A stretch of DNA of 63,638 nt, the filler included, from Nemertoderma westbladi (taxonomy: Eukaryota; Animalia; Xenacoelomorpha): assembly GCA_032718475.1 (NCBI GenBank). It is 3 parts of 3 records of this genome, joined end to end, with 100 filler letters (N's around TTAATTAATTAA, not from the genome) between each part and the next. Parts side by side here need not be neighbours in the genome. Positions count along the whole stretch, not along the records: positions 30,289 to 55,283 come from JAUCBJ010004853.1; positions 55,384 to 63,638 come from JAUCBJ010003568.1; 1 more part is not named here. One strand, written 5' to 3'. Below, piece by piece: positions 47,665 through 60,256 of the stretch (the first letter of the stretch is position 1; every line of letters starts with the position of its first letter). The notes under the pieces are model-generated. The model was given only the letters and a program-made list of their open reading frames with translations, searched no databases and was not told the origin of the DNA. The translations under genes and the position numbers were made by a program.

Positions 47665-50600
47665 CCTTTAAAAGGATTCATGTTGAAAATCAAACTACCT
47701 GATCCTACTTATTCGAACATGGGGGGGACTCAATTCAAGGTAACTGCTTAAACCGCTTGGCCAAAGAATTAGAAATTCACTGACTAAGTAGAACATTATT
47801 TGTCTTAAACATCATCTAGATGTATTTTCCAAAGTACAATGGTTGTATTATTTAATATTTGGTAAAATGCATTTTTTTGGCATCAATAATTGCCGTGTCG
47901 ATTGGATCAACTGACCTCGTAATACCACTTGCGGTACATCGCGCAGCCCTCCTCCAATCGGATGAATAGGTTGGGACGGATACACGTCACCTGGTGCACA
48001 ATGCCAGTCTGCAGACTGAGCATGTCGTTGCTAAGGAAGTGTTTGGCTATCCAGTTCTGGTTGCTACGATACGCCACATTATCGCCGACGCACAGACAGG
48101 ACAAGACGTCTAAAATCTTTGGATCCCGTCCACTCTTATCAAGCAGCGCCACTAACACTTCTATGTGTAATTCAGTGACAGAAACCAACGCGTCTGGACT
48201 GTCCACTAATACGCAATGCAGAACTTCGAGGACTCCCTGAAATTGTATCAATAATTGTAAATATTACTTTCATTTTAGAATATTTCTATCAATTGTAATA
48301 AAAAAGTAAGATGAAAAATTGTACAGCTAAAAGTTCTCCTCTAAACTTGACATTTCGCCTAACTTGTAAGGGCCATGAAATGTTTGTTATAGACACCGTC
48401 TACTCTTATTGGAACTCAGTAGACCCACATACATTACAAACATACATTAAAACAAAATAAATTCAAAATTAAGATTAAATGGTCAATAGAACGTATGGGC
48501 AAGTGTCGTAAATATAAGGAAGCAGCGAACGTGCAATGTACCTGTTGGTATTTGATTGGGTGTTCTTCCACATTACAGGTATTTGATTGGGTGTTCTTCC
48601 AGATTACAGGTATTCTGATTGGATGTTCCATTAACTCACCTTGCAAGCTCTTTGATTATCGAGTCGGTCGATCAACCAATCAACGTTTCTCTCTTGTATC
48701 AAATGTTTACAAGCTGCCCGGTTACCTTTAATCATTGCTGCAAGCAACTGGTACAGGAGGTTGAGTATTTCTTCCCAATCACATGGCATATTCCTGTAAT
48801 ATAGTACAGGTATAAATGAATTACTGTTAAACATAGCAAGTACAAGGTAAGGTGGATATCAATGCCGATGGTGTGAGGTGCTAATTAATTGCCTAATTAT
48901 AAATGTTAATTAAATTAAATATTAAAGATGCGGTTAAATCCATCAAAACACAATAAGAAAGATGCTACATACCTGTTTTGCAATGTGTTGAATTGTTTCT
49001 GTTTGTGGATGTACATAGTTGCTCTCTCAATTGTATCCAACACTATGGTAACCATACCCTCTTCCTGGAACAGATTCTGTCGCTTTCGTAACGCTTTCAA
49101 CTGTAAATTTAAATAATTAAAAAAAATAACTTCAACTTATAACTTAGTCAATGGAAAGCAATTTAAAAAAGCAAAGCGTTTTCTCTCCCCAGTGATAAAT
49201 GATTTATATCTCCTTTATAATTAAACAGAGAGGGATACCCAAAACAAAAACGAATTTATGGCCACCACAATAATTGTTATAGACTCTCTGAACGAGAAGC
49301 CTCATAAACGTTTAAGAAAATGTAACCAATTTTCGGAAAATTTAAGCAAAATTTTGTGGTGGCAGATGATGATTGCCGTTTCCGTGCAGCCAATGACACG
49401 TGATCTCATCTGAAAGTGATCTCATAATTGAAGGGAACTTGGGCCATCATCTATCTGTTAGTTCAAAATAGACTATTACAGTATATCCTGACAGTTTTTG
49501 AAACACAGGTAAATCCTTACATCGCGGCTTGCTGTTAACTCTCTGGCCGACATTAAAATTGCTATTTCTTATCCATCAGCCCGCATTAGACGCATGTCCC
49601 ATCCTATAGCCTCATACTCCCCACTGCCCATGTCCTGGCCAAGACTACCATTCGACGCAAATAACAGCTGATTACTCTCAAAAATAAAACTGTAACCTGT
49701 TCTATTGTGTTTAGTTTATTGTTTTGGTTAAAATAACGTTCCCTACATTGATAATTTAACATTGAGGCGGACATTAATTCGCCAAGATGGGATTTGCGTC
49801 CAGTCCCCCCCCCCCCCCCCGGCCCCGCCCCCCTTGTCTCTTTACCCAATGTACCCACAGTACCGATAACCACCCCTAAGGAAAGGCTAGACAAAGATGA
49901 CAGATAGACACAAGTATTAACTCGTCAAATAATCTGCTTGCAATGCTTTTCAACGCGTATCTTAATATCGGTAGACTACCGCTACGCTGGAAGGAATGTG
50001 TAATACTTTTATTATACAAAGGTAAGAGGGGCATAATGCGAATCCAAATAGTTATAGAGGAATCGCACTTATATTCGTTGTACTTAAAACTCTCACCTCA
50101 ATAGTAAACACTCGGGATCGCTGGTTTGTAGGTTGCAGGACATAAAATTCCGTGGGAACAAATCGGATTTATCCCCATCAAGTCTACGGCTGATGTCCTA
50201 CGTATTCTAATTAATGACATCCACACTGCACTACAATCTACAGACAAATGTATGCGGCCTTTATAGACTTTCAATGTAAATAGGACAATATGATAATGCT
50301 CTCCAAAGCGAAAAATATCAACCGGCCCTATTGGGGCTCGAACCCGGTACCTAGATTTCAAACTTCTGGTTATCATCAGCCGGGTGTGTGTACTGAGCTA
50401 CCAGACCGGATGAATTTTTCGCTGTGTTAACAATTCACTTATTATTATTTATAGACTTTCAGAAAGCCTTTGATAAGTTAACCGTTCAAATCTTTTGTCA
50501 ACGCTATACGAATTCGGTATAAAAGGTAAATTATTCGATTTAATTAAGAATTTACTACAAAACAATATTCGAATTATCGACGGTCTCAGTCTATCCGAAA

Positions 50601-52121
50601 TAATTAACTGATTGCTTGGGGTTTTAGGGAGATTGCTTCTCCCCAATATGCTTTATTATATTTATTTCCGTCTTAGCATTGGCCTTACGACAAACAATAT
50701 CAATACTTAAGTTTCTGTTTTACGCCGATGACCTGGTTCTGTATGCTAATTACAGACAGACTATTTAAAATGGCTTGGATATACGTATACTTCACTCTTG
50801 GTGCCTCAAAAATGGAATGGATATAAATCTCATTAAAACTAAAATTTTCAAATTTAGAAAGGCGGGGCGATTGGCAACTGCAGACAGATTTACATATAGA
50901 GGCAACGCTGTAACCATATGTAACGCATAGGACTACCTGGGCGTTACCTTACAAACATCGCTTAGCTTCTCGAAACATATTATCTCAAAAAAGAAAAAAA
51001 ATCATATTACAGGCTCATTTAATAACCTCCACAACTCCACCTAATTATCCGTTGGCGCTGCTACAACTATTCAGAATAAAAATCGCACCGATGGCTCTCT
51101 ACGCCCTTCCGGTTTTCGCACGTTTCCTAACATTAGCAAATTTGAAGGAACTTGATCTCATAAAATCAACTTACATTAAACGTTTACTAGGATTACATAT
51201 TACAGCATCATCAACCTTAGCTCTGCATCTTGTTGACGAACACTCATTTATCGAGGACATAACTAAGAAATCGGCATCAATATTTAACGCTTACCTACGT
51301 TATAACCCAATATAATAACTATCGCTACAATAATGAACAACATTTAATTGAGGAAAACTATTTAAATGGACCAGCCTTTCCTACTACAACCTGGAAACCA
51401 AAGCAACGGAACCGCCACGTACTAACGCGATGCACAACCCACTGATTCCACCATAAAATATGTAAGACCGATCGGCCTTTCCACTCGCTCACTGCCGACT
51501 GTATCTGCCGTTATTGTGACTCCGATACTGCTGACGGCTGCACCTGATAACCAGAAGTTTGAAACCTAGCGTACCGGGTCTCGCAGCCCACAATAGGCCG
51601 GTTGATATTTTTCGCTATGGAGACGCATTATCATATTGTCCTATTTACATTGTATATTTGATCTCACCGCGTCTTTCGCCCCACAATAATTCACTTATTA
51701 TTATTAAAATAATAATGACTATTTATATACATTATATTATGCTATATGTTGTTGTTGTTTATTATTAATTTACGTTGAATAACGGTGAAGATAATGTTTA
51801 CAAAAAAATATCTACCAACTCTATAACACAAGTAATATTGTATCAACTCACCATGGCCTGTTTATCATCGTATCCGATATTCTCTTCCGGTTGCCGGAAG
51901 TAGGCGATGAGATCTACGAGACACTGAACCACCTCGTTGAGACTGCAACCACACCAGCTGTCGATATCCTCGCTGATCGGACGTAACGATCGCAGCGCTC
52001 GGATAAACTTGGCGAACATCGACGCCGATTTGCGAATAACTCGCGCCGCCTTCGACTCTTCTGGTAGACCCACAGTTACAGTAAATCCGTCGTCCATATG
52101 ACCTTCTGGTAACATAGCAAC
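30362..52121 (-). CDS. RyR: Ryanodine receptor, partial multi-exon gene (RIH, SPRY1, RyR repeats 1-2, SPRY2, start of SPRY3 and divergent region)
   Basis: GT-AG exons joining in frame: 52121-51852, 49100-48973, 48793-48640, 48236-47916, 47410-47236, 46810-46618, 46489-46303, 45825-45593, 45284-45041, 44876-44768, 44410-44269, 40395-40175, 39940-39786, 39649-39495, 39226-39122, then tentatively 38775-38605, 38335-38223, 37570-37538, 30427-30362. Motifs: [70 protein letters not shown]. Confidence 0.95.
30500..34028. mobile_element. Foldback/MULE-type element with inverted arms made of 53-bp tandem repeats
   Basis: 9-bp TSD CTAGCAGAC (30491-30499, 34029-34037); inverted termini GGGT..GTGTAAAACGCGGATCCGG; left array ~30690-31630 and its reverse complement ~32405-33760; ~770-bp unique core. 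Confidence 0.92.
34074..37511. repeat. 38-bp minisatellite, ~90 copies, intronic
   Basis: Unit GGGAACAGCTACAGATA(A/T)ATGTGAGAATATGGAACTAT. Confidence 0.97.
40175..40395 (-). CDS. RyR: RyR exon (SPRY2)
   Basis: [16 protein letters not shown]...ELGND..AFVFDG...[17 protein letters not shown]. Confidence 0.95.
40612..44286. repeat. 28-bp minisatellite, ~130 copies, derived from an RyR exon/intron junction
   Basis: Unit AACAATTAACGTACCATTTGCCGTGAGT; its minus strand equals the exon end GTTAC(C/T)CACGGCAAATG plus donor GTACGTTAATT. Confidence 0.97.
45593..45825 (-). CDS. RyR: RyR exon (RyR repeat 1)
   Basis: PEPVDIT...[25 protein letters not shown]...HPCL. Confidence 0.95.
47916..48236 (-). CDS. 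RyR: RyR exon (RIH to SPRY1)
   Basis: [17 protein letters not shown]...[20 protein letters not shown]...IRPNLF...YRKWYYE. Confidence 0.95.
50270..50410 (-). mobile_element. tRNA-derived SINE-like element
   Basis: A-box-like TAGCTCAGTA and B-box-like GGTTCGAGCC on the minus strand; a second, 5'-truncated inverted copy at ~51546-51652. Confidence 0.6.
50450..51545 (+). mobile_element. Degenerate LINE RT fragment in an RyR intron
   Basis: DFQKAFD-like and FYADDLVLY motifs, YLGVTL, many stops and frameshifts; flanked by direct repeat AATTCACTTATTATTATT (50432, 51688). Confidence 0.75.
51852..52121 (-). CDS. RyR: RyR exon (end of N-terminal domain)
   Basis: [15 protein letters not shown]...ARVIRKS...DLIAYFRQP; acceptor TAG|, donor |GTGAGT. 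Confidence 0.92.
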
Positions 52122-52249
52122 CTATGTAAATAAATCAACAATTGTTTAATTTTATAATTATTATTTATCGAATTTGTAGAACTTAATTAATTGGTGAGAT
52201 CAACAAAAAAAAAAAATTAAACTTAATAATGGAATTTATTTTCCCAATG

Positions 52250-52614
52250 ACGAACTGCAACAACAGTGCTTACGGTACTGTTTCTTTAAGTTATTACAAA
52301 TACAGCTCGATGTTTTTGTGTATAACTGGAATACTCAGAGAATGATACGTAATCGGAAAATACACTTTTGAGGTGGTATACCAGATGTGCTTTACCGCTC
52401 GCCCGATCGTTTCGGAAAGCAAGACTGTGGATTGCCATTGCCAGTGATTGGTGAAGAATTTATTAAACCATTCTATAATAACGGTTGTTCTACAGACTTT
52501 ATTCAGTTGCTTGAGACACTATTTGGGGATGGAAACTGCCCTAGACCTCCAAAATCTCTCAATAAAGCTATTGATTTGTATTTGAAATTGAACGAAATAT
52601 TGAAATCTTTTTAA
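52250..52614 (+). pseudogene. DNA transposase C-terminal fragment (IS3EU/integrase-core-like)
   Basis: WNTQRMIR...*GGIPDVLYRSPDRFG..DC...GCSTDF..L...AIDLYLKL pattern recalled from such transposases; not verified. Confidence 0.4.
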
Positions 52615-53514
52615 AGGTACAGTACCTTAAATAATATATATTATTTACATCGAAAATTGAGTTTGTTTAATAATTTTTGTAAATGTTTATATATATATTT
52701 ATATTCTATTTGATTATTGAATGTAGTTTAAGGGTGGCTGCCTTTTAGGTAACTGCCAAGATATATAATCCTTCAATTACATATACAATATTACGTTACA
52801 TTAGGGACATTATTATTTCACAGAAAAATTAAAATATTGCTACCACCGACATTTTTAAATTTCTAATAACTTTGCATTGAGTGCATCAAATACAACTAAA
52901 TTTGGAGTTTGTATAATTAAACTATCTGCGAATTGATTTTTCTTTACAGAATTGTTAAGTAAAGTAATTGCGAATTTGTTAGGCCTATCAAACTATTATT
53001 GCATTGGTCAGTCGGTTTCTTTGAATGCAGGTACTGAGGTAATGTATAAAAATAGAACTATTTCGATTGACTACAAAGGCTTATCTTATCTACCCACAGC
53101 ACATAAAGAGAACATATACAGTAGACACCATTATGGTAGACTCCGACGGCCATCAGGAAATGAATGATAGGCCTACTGTGTCATTCAATATTAGCGTCCG
53201 GATACTGGCTGGTAGTGAAATCATAACAATACCTACAGTACAATAGTAATGCACTAGTAGTGTATGACGTAATCACAATACCTATTTCTAATAAATAGAT
53301 AAGCTTAAATATATAAATATATTAAATAAGCTAAAATCTTTCAAAAATATATTATAATAGTTACATCAATAATTAATACAGTAATTTGTAATCAAATTAC
53401 AACACTTACTCACTTACTTACTTACAACTACAAACACTTTTGTCAGAAATTTGTAATCAATTCTACTGTACCACAACATTGTGACTGTAGTGTGGTGTTA
53501 AGGATAATTGATTT

Positions 53515-54231
53515 ATGGCGAAATTTCTGAAGAAATGCCTATGTCCTTGTCCGGGTCTTCGTATAGAGAAATATGATGAATGCAAATGGACAGGAAGAAC
53601 TGGAAATAAAATAAGAATTTATAACGAATGTAAATTTAAAAATGAGACGAAAATTGATAACAAAGGTTATAACGCACAATACTTGGAGTGCGACAAAGAC
53701 AATAACGACATAACCTTCCAAAGTTATGAGAACGAGGCAGCTTGTAAGCCGGAAACGATAATAACTCAATACATATATGAACATAAAATAAGGGGTTCTT
53801 TGTCAAAACGATTTTATTCGCTACTGACATTCGAAACTGATCGCATGAGATGTATGGGTGTTGATAACACAAACAACATTGTGATTGTTGAACCTATATA
53901 CCCTGTGGGGCAGCCACCAGATACTTTACCATGTGATTCCCCGGCATTGTTCCACAAGGAATATCGTAACAGTGGTGACAAGATTTTGCTACACATCGGT
54001 GACTGCAGGGCTATACAACATAAGTATTATCGAGATGGTGGAAGAGGTTGTTGCAACGAACTGCTAAAGGAGAAACATTTGGGTCCGTGTCTTGTGATGG
54101 AACGTAAGAAGTATTCCACAGGAGATGGTTCTGATGGCTGGAAACCGTTCATGGTTAAACGCGAAAGAATCAGAGAACCCTACAGCGAAATGGAAACCGT
54201 TACTGTAGAGGAGCCCGACCACAGTCTGTAA
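53515..54231 (+). CDS. Intronless 238-aa protein of unknown function (possible beta-trefoil fold)
   Basis: Clean ATG-TAA ORF in AT-rich DNA with non-repetitive sequence; TATA-like TATATAAATA at ~53330. Confidence 0.6.
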   Translation: MAKFLKKCLCPCPGLRIEKYDECKWTGRTGNKIRIYNECKFKNETKIDNKGYNAQYLECDKDNNDITFQSYENEAACKPETIITQYIYEHKIRGSLSKRFYSLLTFETDRMRCMGVDNTNNIVIVEPIYPVGQPPDTLPCDSPALFHKEYRNSGDKILLHIGDCRAIQHKYYRDGGRGCCNELLKEKHLGPCLVMERKKYSTGDGSDGWKPFMVKRERIREPYSEMETVTVEEPDHSL

Positions 54232-54503
54232 CTCTTCCCATTGTGACACAGCCCCATCCCAGGTTTGGGACGCTACTATCGTAAACCCTCTTTATGCACC
54301 CAGCTGTTACCCCCAGAGTGTCACCGAGAGAGGCCGTATTGTTGGAGGAGGCCGAATCCCTAAAGATCCTGAAGTATCAGGAAGTAGCAGACTGTGGTAC
54401 TCCTTGTGGTCTTGGATATCCTCGGCGACCCGGTCCTGAGATCAAGCAATCTTCGTCAAGGATATCGGAACTCGTCTCCACATCCTCGTCTACACACAGT
54501 TTA

Positions 54504-55283
54504 TTACTGCCTCCATCCCCGGAACCATGGACCCCGCCCTTTCTTACTGGCTCCATCCCCGGAACCAGGACCCCGCCTTATCTGACTGCTTCCATCCCCG
54601 GAACCATGGACCCCGCCCTTTCTTACTGCCTCCATCCCCGGAACCATGGACCCCGCCCTGACTGATGGCCTCCATCCCCGGAACCATGGACCCCGCCCGT
54701 TCTTACTGCCTCCATCCCCGGAACCATGGACCCCGCCCTTTCTTACTGCCTCCATCCCCGGAACCATGGACCCCGCCCTTTCTTACTGCCTCCATCCCCG
54801 GAACCATGGACCCCGCCTTGTCTTACGGCCTCCATGCTACGCCGGGTTCATTGTGTCAAGTACAATGCACACATCTCCAACCAGACACTATATAACATTG
54901 GAGGTGTCTCATTGGTTCCCCCAAGCTTGACACTAGAACAAAATCGCCTCCGCTTTGCAGGACATTGCTTTCGCCGTGAGGACCAGCCAGTGCATAATCT
55001 TGTACTTTGGCAGCCTCAAGGAGTGAATAAGCATGGTGGACAGCCCATGACTTTCTTGAGACGCATCTTAAAGGACATTGGCCTTAAAGATGCGGATGAT
55101 CTAGCAAATGTCATGGGTGATAGGGAGTTGTGGCGGTGCAATTTTGTTGACAAGCCGGCACAGCATTCTTAAAAATGCAGCTGCAATGCAGCATGCCGAT
55201 CCTAGTAGTACTGCCTCCATCCCCGGAACCATGGACCCCGCTTTATCTGACTGCTTCCATCCCCGGAACCATGGACCCCGCCC
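54504..55283. repeat. ~40-bp tandem repeat (TTACTGCCTCCATCCCCGGAACCATGGACCCCGCCCTTTC) on both sides of a LINE fragment
   Basis: About 8 copies at 54504-54835 and 2 more at 55210-55283. Confidence 0.9.
54850..55172 (+). mobile_element. LINE (RTE-like) ORF2 3'-end fragment
   Basis: HISNQTLY...RLRFAGHCFR...LVLWQP.G....G.P.T......D.GL......MGDRELWR. Confidence 0.75.
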
Positions 55284-55383
55284 NNNNNNNNNNNNNNNNN
55301 NNNNNNNNNNNNNNNNNNNNNNNNNNNTTAATTAATTAANNNNNNNNNNNNNNNNNNNNNNNNNNNNNNNNNNNNNNNNNNNN
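55284..55383. other. Artificial contig linker
   Basis: N run containing TTAATTAATTAA. Confidence 0.97.
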
Positions 55384-55949
55384 GCATTACACATACAATG
55401 TGAAAGAAGGAAAGAAGCAGATCAACAGCCTCAGATTATTGGGGGACTGAGTCAGGGCCAAACTGGCCCATGCATTTTCCTGTGGGGGTAAATTAAGTTT
55501 TGGGCCCCGCCACATCTTTTTATTACATTCTATCATTACCTACTGTATGACAAAACTAATACAAATGTACTGTATATTATACTGTACGGTACCTATTGTA
55601 TTGTATATTTTATCTACTGTAGTACTATCTATTCATCGCGCGTCCCATATCTGATTGATTTGTGTCAAATTAAATTGCCTTTGGCAACATTATTTGATAC
55701 AAATCGATCGATTAAGCAATTAATTAATTGTTTAATCCACCAATTAATTAATTGTTTAATTAATTAATGACCTACTTAACACCTAAGGTGCGAAGTAGGT
55801 CCAACTGTCGCCGAAGTAGGGTATACTATTACTACTCTGTACAACTCTAACGAGGGTATGAAATCCTCAATCAAATCCGAACTACAGTAACTATTATTTC
55901 TTATAACTCGACCAGTTTTTCTCCCGATAAGATCGATTTTGTTAAAACA

Positions 55950-58900
55950 TTGGTTTTGTGTGGAGATATTGTTTGTGTGCAAGAACATTTTCAACTAAAC
56001 TGTCCTAAGTTTAAAGATTTATTTCCCGATTGTAACTATAGTTTTATTCCTGCTAAATATATCAACCCGGATGAGTTTCATACGGGTCGCCCTAGTGGTG
56101 GACTTTTTATATTGTGGAAGAAGAGTTTATCTAAGTATATTTCAGTTGTAAAAAAGTAAAGTCTTGTAAAGTTGTAAAGTCTTCCATGGACAGGTTACAA
56201 GCGATTAAAATTTGTTTGCCTGGATTAAATAAATTATTAGTAAATGTTTATTTTCCGACGGATGATCAATCGAATATTCATGTGTCGGATGATACAGTAA
56301 CACTTTTAAATGATATTAAAGATGTATATTCCGAAAGTAGGAGTATGAATATATGTATATGTGGGTATTTTAATGCTGATTTTTTAAGAAGTTCATTACA
56401 TCTAAGATTGTTACGGGAATTTTTAGAGAGTTTAGATCTTCATGTGTTATGGGAATATGCTCCAGTTGACTATGTACAGTATACAGCTAACGGAACTTTT
56501 AATTCCACAATCGATCATTTCTTTTTAAAGGAATGACTGTTAGATTTATATTGTGAATCTGATATTATAAGCTCGTGTGCTAATTTATCCGGTCATATCC
56601 CTATTTACATTACTGTAAATTAAATGTTGGTGAAATGGATATTAGTACGTCTGAACATACAACCTCGTAGGAATATTTTTAACCGCGCAACAGCAGAGCA
56701 GAAATTAATGTTTAAAAATAAACTGAAAGAGTTATTGGACGATTTACCTGATTTTGGTATTTCGTCTGATTGTGATGATGTTAATTGTACCTCTAATATT
56801 CATAGAGTTGAAATTGAGCAATATGCAGTTAATATTTTAGATTGCATTGATACCGCTTCTAAATTTCTACATAGTACGTCGGGTCAATGTAATATTAATG
56901 ATTCTAACGGGGGGGAATTATACCGGGATGGAATGTGCACGGAAAACCGTTTAAAGAGGAGGCAACTTTTTGGTATTCGATTTGGCACTCTGCGGGCAGA
57001 CCAAATGCATCTCACCTTTTCAATCTCAGGGTAAGGGCACGAGCTAAATACAAGTATGCTGCACGGCGATTGAAACGAGAGCAAGACAGTGTGAAACGGC
57101 ACAATCTGTTTCAGGCCTCTTTAAACGGAAATATTGACCTTTTTCATGAGATACGTAAATTACGGGGAGGTGTAAATGTATAAGTCAGGCGATATATGGT
57201 TGTACTGTAGAGAGTGAAATCGCCGAAAAATTTGCCACTATATATAAAAAGTTATATAATCAAAATGTTGATTCAGATTTAAGTGATATAGAATGTAAAA
57301 TTGCAGAAGCGATAAATGATAATAATTTAACTTTTAAAAATTCTAGTATTATTACACCAAGTGCAGGACACGAGGCCCTTTACCACCTAAAATCGAGTAA
57401 GAGAGACGTAAATTGTTTATTTGATTCTGACGCTTTAATTAATGGCCGTGATATTCTAGAAAAACATATTGCAGCTCTGTTTAGTTCTTTTTTGGTGCAT
57501 GGAATTATTTCCAGAAGTTTTTTATCTGTAGCTTTTGTACCTATTGTGAAAAATATTTGACATCAGTACAATTAACAACTATAGGGCTATTGCAATCGCC
57601 TCACTGTTATTAAAGGTCTTTGAATGGGTTATGCTTATTTCAGAAGGGGATAAATTAAACTTGGATGACCTGCAGTTTGGTTTTCGTAAAAATAGTAGTA
57701 CGGTGCAATGTACAGTACAGTACGGCTAAGGAGGTGATTAGTTATTACTCTAGAACTAACACACCCGTGTTCGGTTGTTTATTAGATTTCAATAGGCTTT
57801 TGATCTTGTGGAATGGTCTAAATGTTTCTAGAATTATTAAAGAAAGGTTTTTCCCCGTTTTTTCTAAGGTGCTTACTGTTTATTTATCGTGTTCAGGAAT
57901 GTTATGTGAGGTGGAACAACTCATGTTCAAACAGTGAAATTTAATGTTCATAATGGAGTTAGACAAGGCTCTATAACTTCACCTGTGCTTTTCTGTATAG
58001 TGTTAAATATTTTAATAAATAGACTAAAAATATCTAAGGTTGGTTGTTATATAGGCTCTCATTATTTTGGATGCTTAGCGTATGCCGATGATGTTTTATT
58101 GCTATGTCCGTCTGTAATAGGTCTACCATTTATGGTGAATACTGTATATGTGTTATTTTTTGTAAAGAATTTAACTTACGTTTAAGTATGGACAGTAATC
58201 AAGTTAAGTGCAAATGTAAATGTATCCCTTTTGAGTTTGACTGGAACCCCCCTGATTGTAGAATTACTGTAAATGATATTGTTTTACCATGGGTGCAACA
58301 GGCGACACATTTAGGTGTACGTTAGATTACAAGTGTTTAATAGTGAGTGATGTACTTCGTAAGAGAGAGGAATTTATTTCCAAATTAGCTAAACTCAGAC
58401 AAGAATTTCATTTGGCTACAGTACTCATAGTATTTTATGTAATATTCAAAGATTTATATACAACTTCTTTCTATGGTAGTCCGGTCTGGAACATTTCTTC
58501 TTTTAGTGTTAATAAAATATATACTGCGTGGAACATTAATGTTAGGCGTATTTGGAACTTACCTTATAATTAATAGTCACCGTTACATTGTAGAAGGATT
58601 GGTATATTTTATATATTCTAAAGTTATGTTATGGAGCCGTTTAGTAGGCTTTGCGTTGGGGGTAATGAACTCCAGTAAACTATGTGTCCGTTTTCTAAGT
58701 AGGTTATTATTTCATGATTGTAGAAGCACAAGTGGTAATAATCTTTACGTTGATAAGCCATGATTGCGGTATACCAATAAATAAGCTGAAACCGGGTACT
58801 GTAAAAAGATTAATACATTATGCACCAGCTCATGTTGATAGTGTTATAGCGATAAATTTCTGTAAGGAGTTATCCATCATTCTTATTAATGAATGTGTAG

Positions 58901-60045
58901 TACCGGGATTCAGTTCGGATGAAATAAAATGTTTATATGACTACTAGCGCGGTGCGTTTTTTACTTTTTTTCGATTTCATTGTTCTACCGGTGCACAAAA
59001 GTTGCCAAATGGTAAAAAAATAAGGAAAAAAAAATTCTTTAAATTTCGTCTATATCTTCACGGATCCCAAGAGGGTTGAAATTTTGAGCCTTCGCGATGC
59101 ACCATAATGAAATTTATAGCAATATTATTACACATTAATGAAAGATCAATGACTCAAGAAAGAACTTCCTGCATGCATCAAATGTCATCAAATGGGTCAA
59201 AACTTAGTTAGATACCAAAATTTCAATTTTGGATCAAGGGAACTAGTGCCACAGGCACATGGACAGAACCTACCATTTGGCGCAAGTGATGATAATTCTC
59301 AATTTTCGCAATGGCCAACTTTAAGCTTTCCCACTGCATTATTGTGCTCATTAGAACCGCAATGACCGATTTAGTGGGGGTAGACACCTTCAAAACAAAG
59401 TGCCTATTAATGTGCCTATTCTTGGTTCCTTGAGATAATTCTAAATAAAATTTTTTGAGGATTTGTCCATATCGCATCAAGGCGGTAATAAAGACTTGTG
59501 CCGGACTTCACATTTTCTGCGATATCTCAAGAACTATTCGCTCTATGTCTGTTTTGAAGTTGTCTACCCCCACTAAATCGGACATTGCGGTTCTAATGAG
59601 CATAATATTAATGCAGTATGATAATTCAAAGTTGGCCATCGCGAGAATTGAGAATTATCATAACTTGCGCCAAATGTCCATGTCCAAATATCCACGGTTC
59701 TGTCCATGTGCCTGTGGCACTAGTTCCCTTAATCCAAAAATTAACATATTGGTATGTAACTAAGTTTGGACCCTTTTGATGACATTTGATGCATGCAGGA
59801 AGTTATTTCTTGAGTCATTGATCTTTCATTAATGTCTAATATTGCTATAAATTTCATTATGGTGCATCGCGAAGGCTCAAAATTTCAACCCTCTTGGGAT
59901 CCGTGAAGATGTAGACGAAATTTAAAGAAATTTTTTTTTCCTTATTTTTTTACCATTTGGCAACTTTTGTGCACTGGTAGAACAATGAAATCGAAAAAAA
60001 GTAAAAAACGCACCGCCCTAATGACTACGTGTCAAGTGCTTAGAA
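55950..60045 (+). mobile_element. Decayed LINE ORF2 (APE endonuclease plus RT), interrupted near its 3' end by a MITE
   Basis: DIVCVQEHF, GRPSGGLFILWKK, NVYFP, GYFNAD, STIDHF, NYRAIA, QFGFR, GVRQGSITSPVLF, LAYADDVLLL; multiple frameshifts and stops. Confidence 0.9.
58945..60020. mobile_element. hAT-like palindromic MITE (1076 bp)
   Basis: 8-bp TSD ATGACTAC (58937-58944, 60021-60028); ends TAG(C/G)GCGGTGCG; ~450-bp inverted arms. Confidence 0.92.
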
Positions 60046-60256
60046 CGGGTTACTCCTTTCGTTATTATATTACTTTCTTCTTTTTGTGTTCAATTTAATA
60101 CTTTTAGTTTTAGTGTCCATGTCCATTATTGTGCTTCTTCTTTTTTTGTGTGTTTTTCTTTTGTTATTGTACGTACGCTGTACCGAGCCTCGGCTCGTGT
60201 ATGTTAATAATAATACCGAGTAATTGTATTTTGCTGACTGTAATTGCAGAATAAAA

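Noticed and set aside
54294-54930. Pro-rich ORFs
   Set aside because: Translations of the 40-bp tandem repeat.
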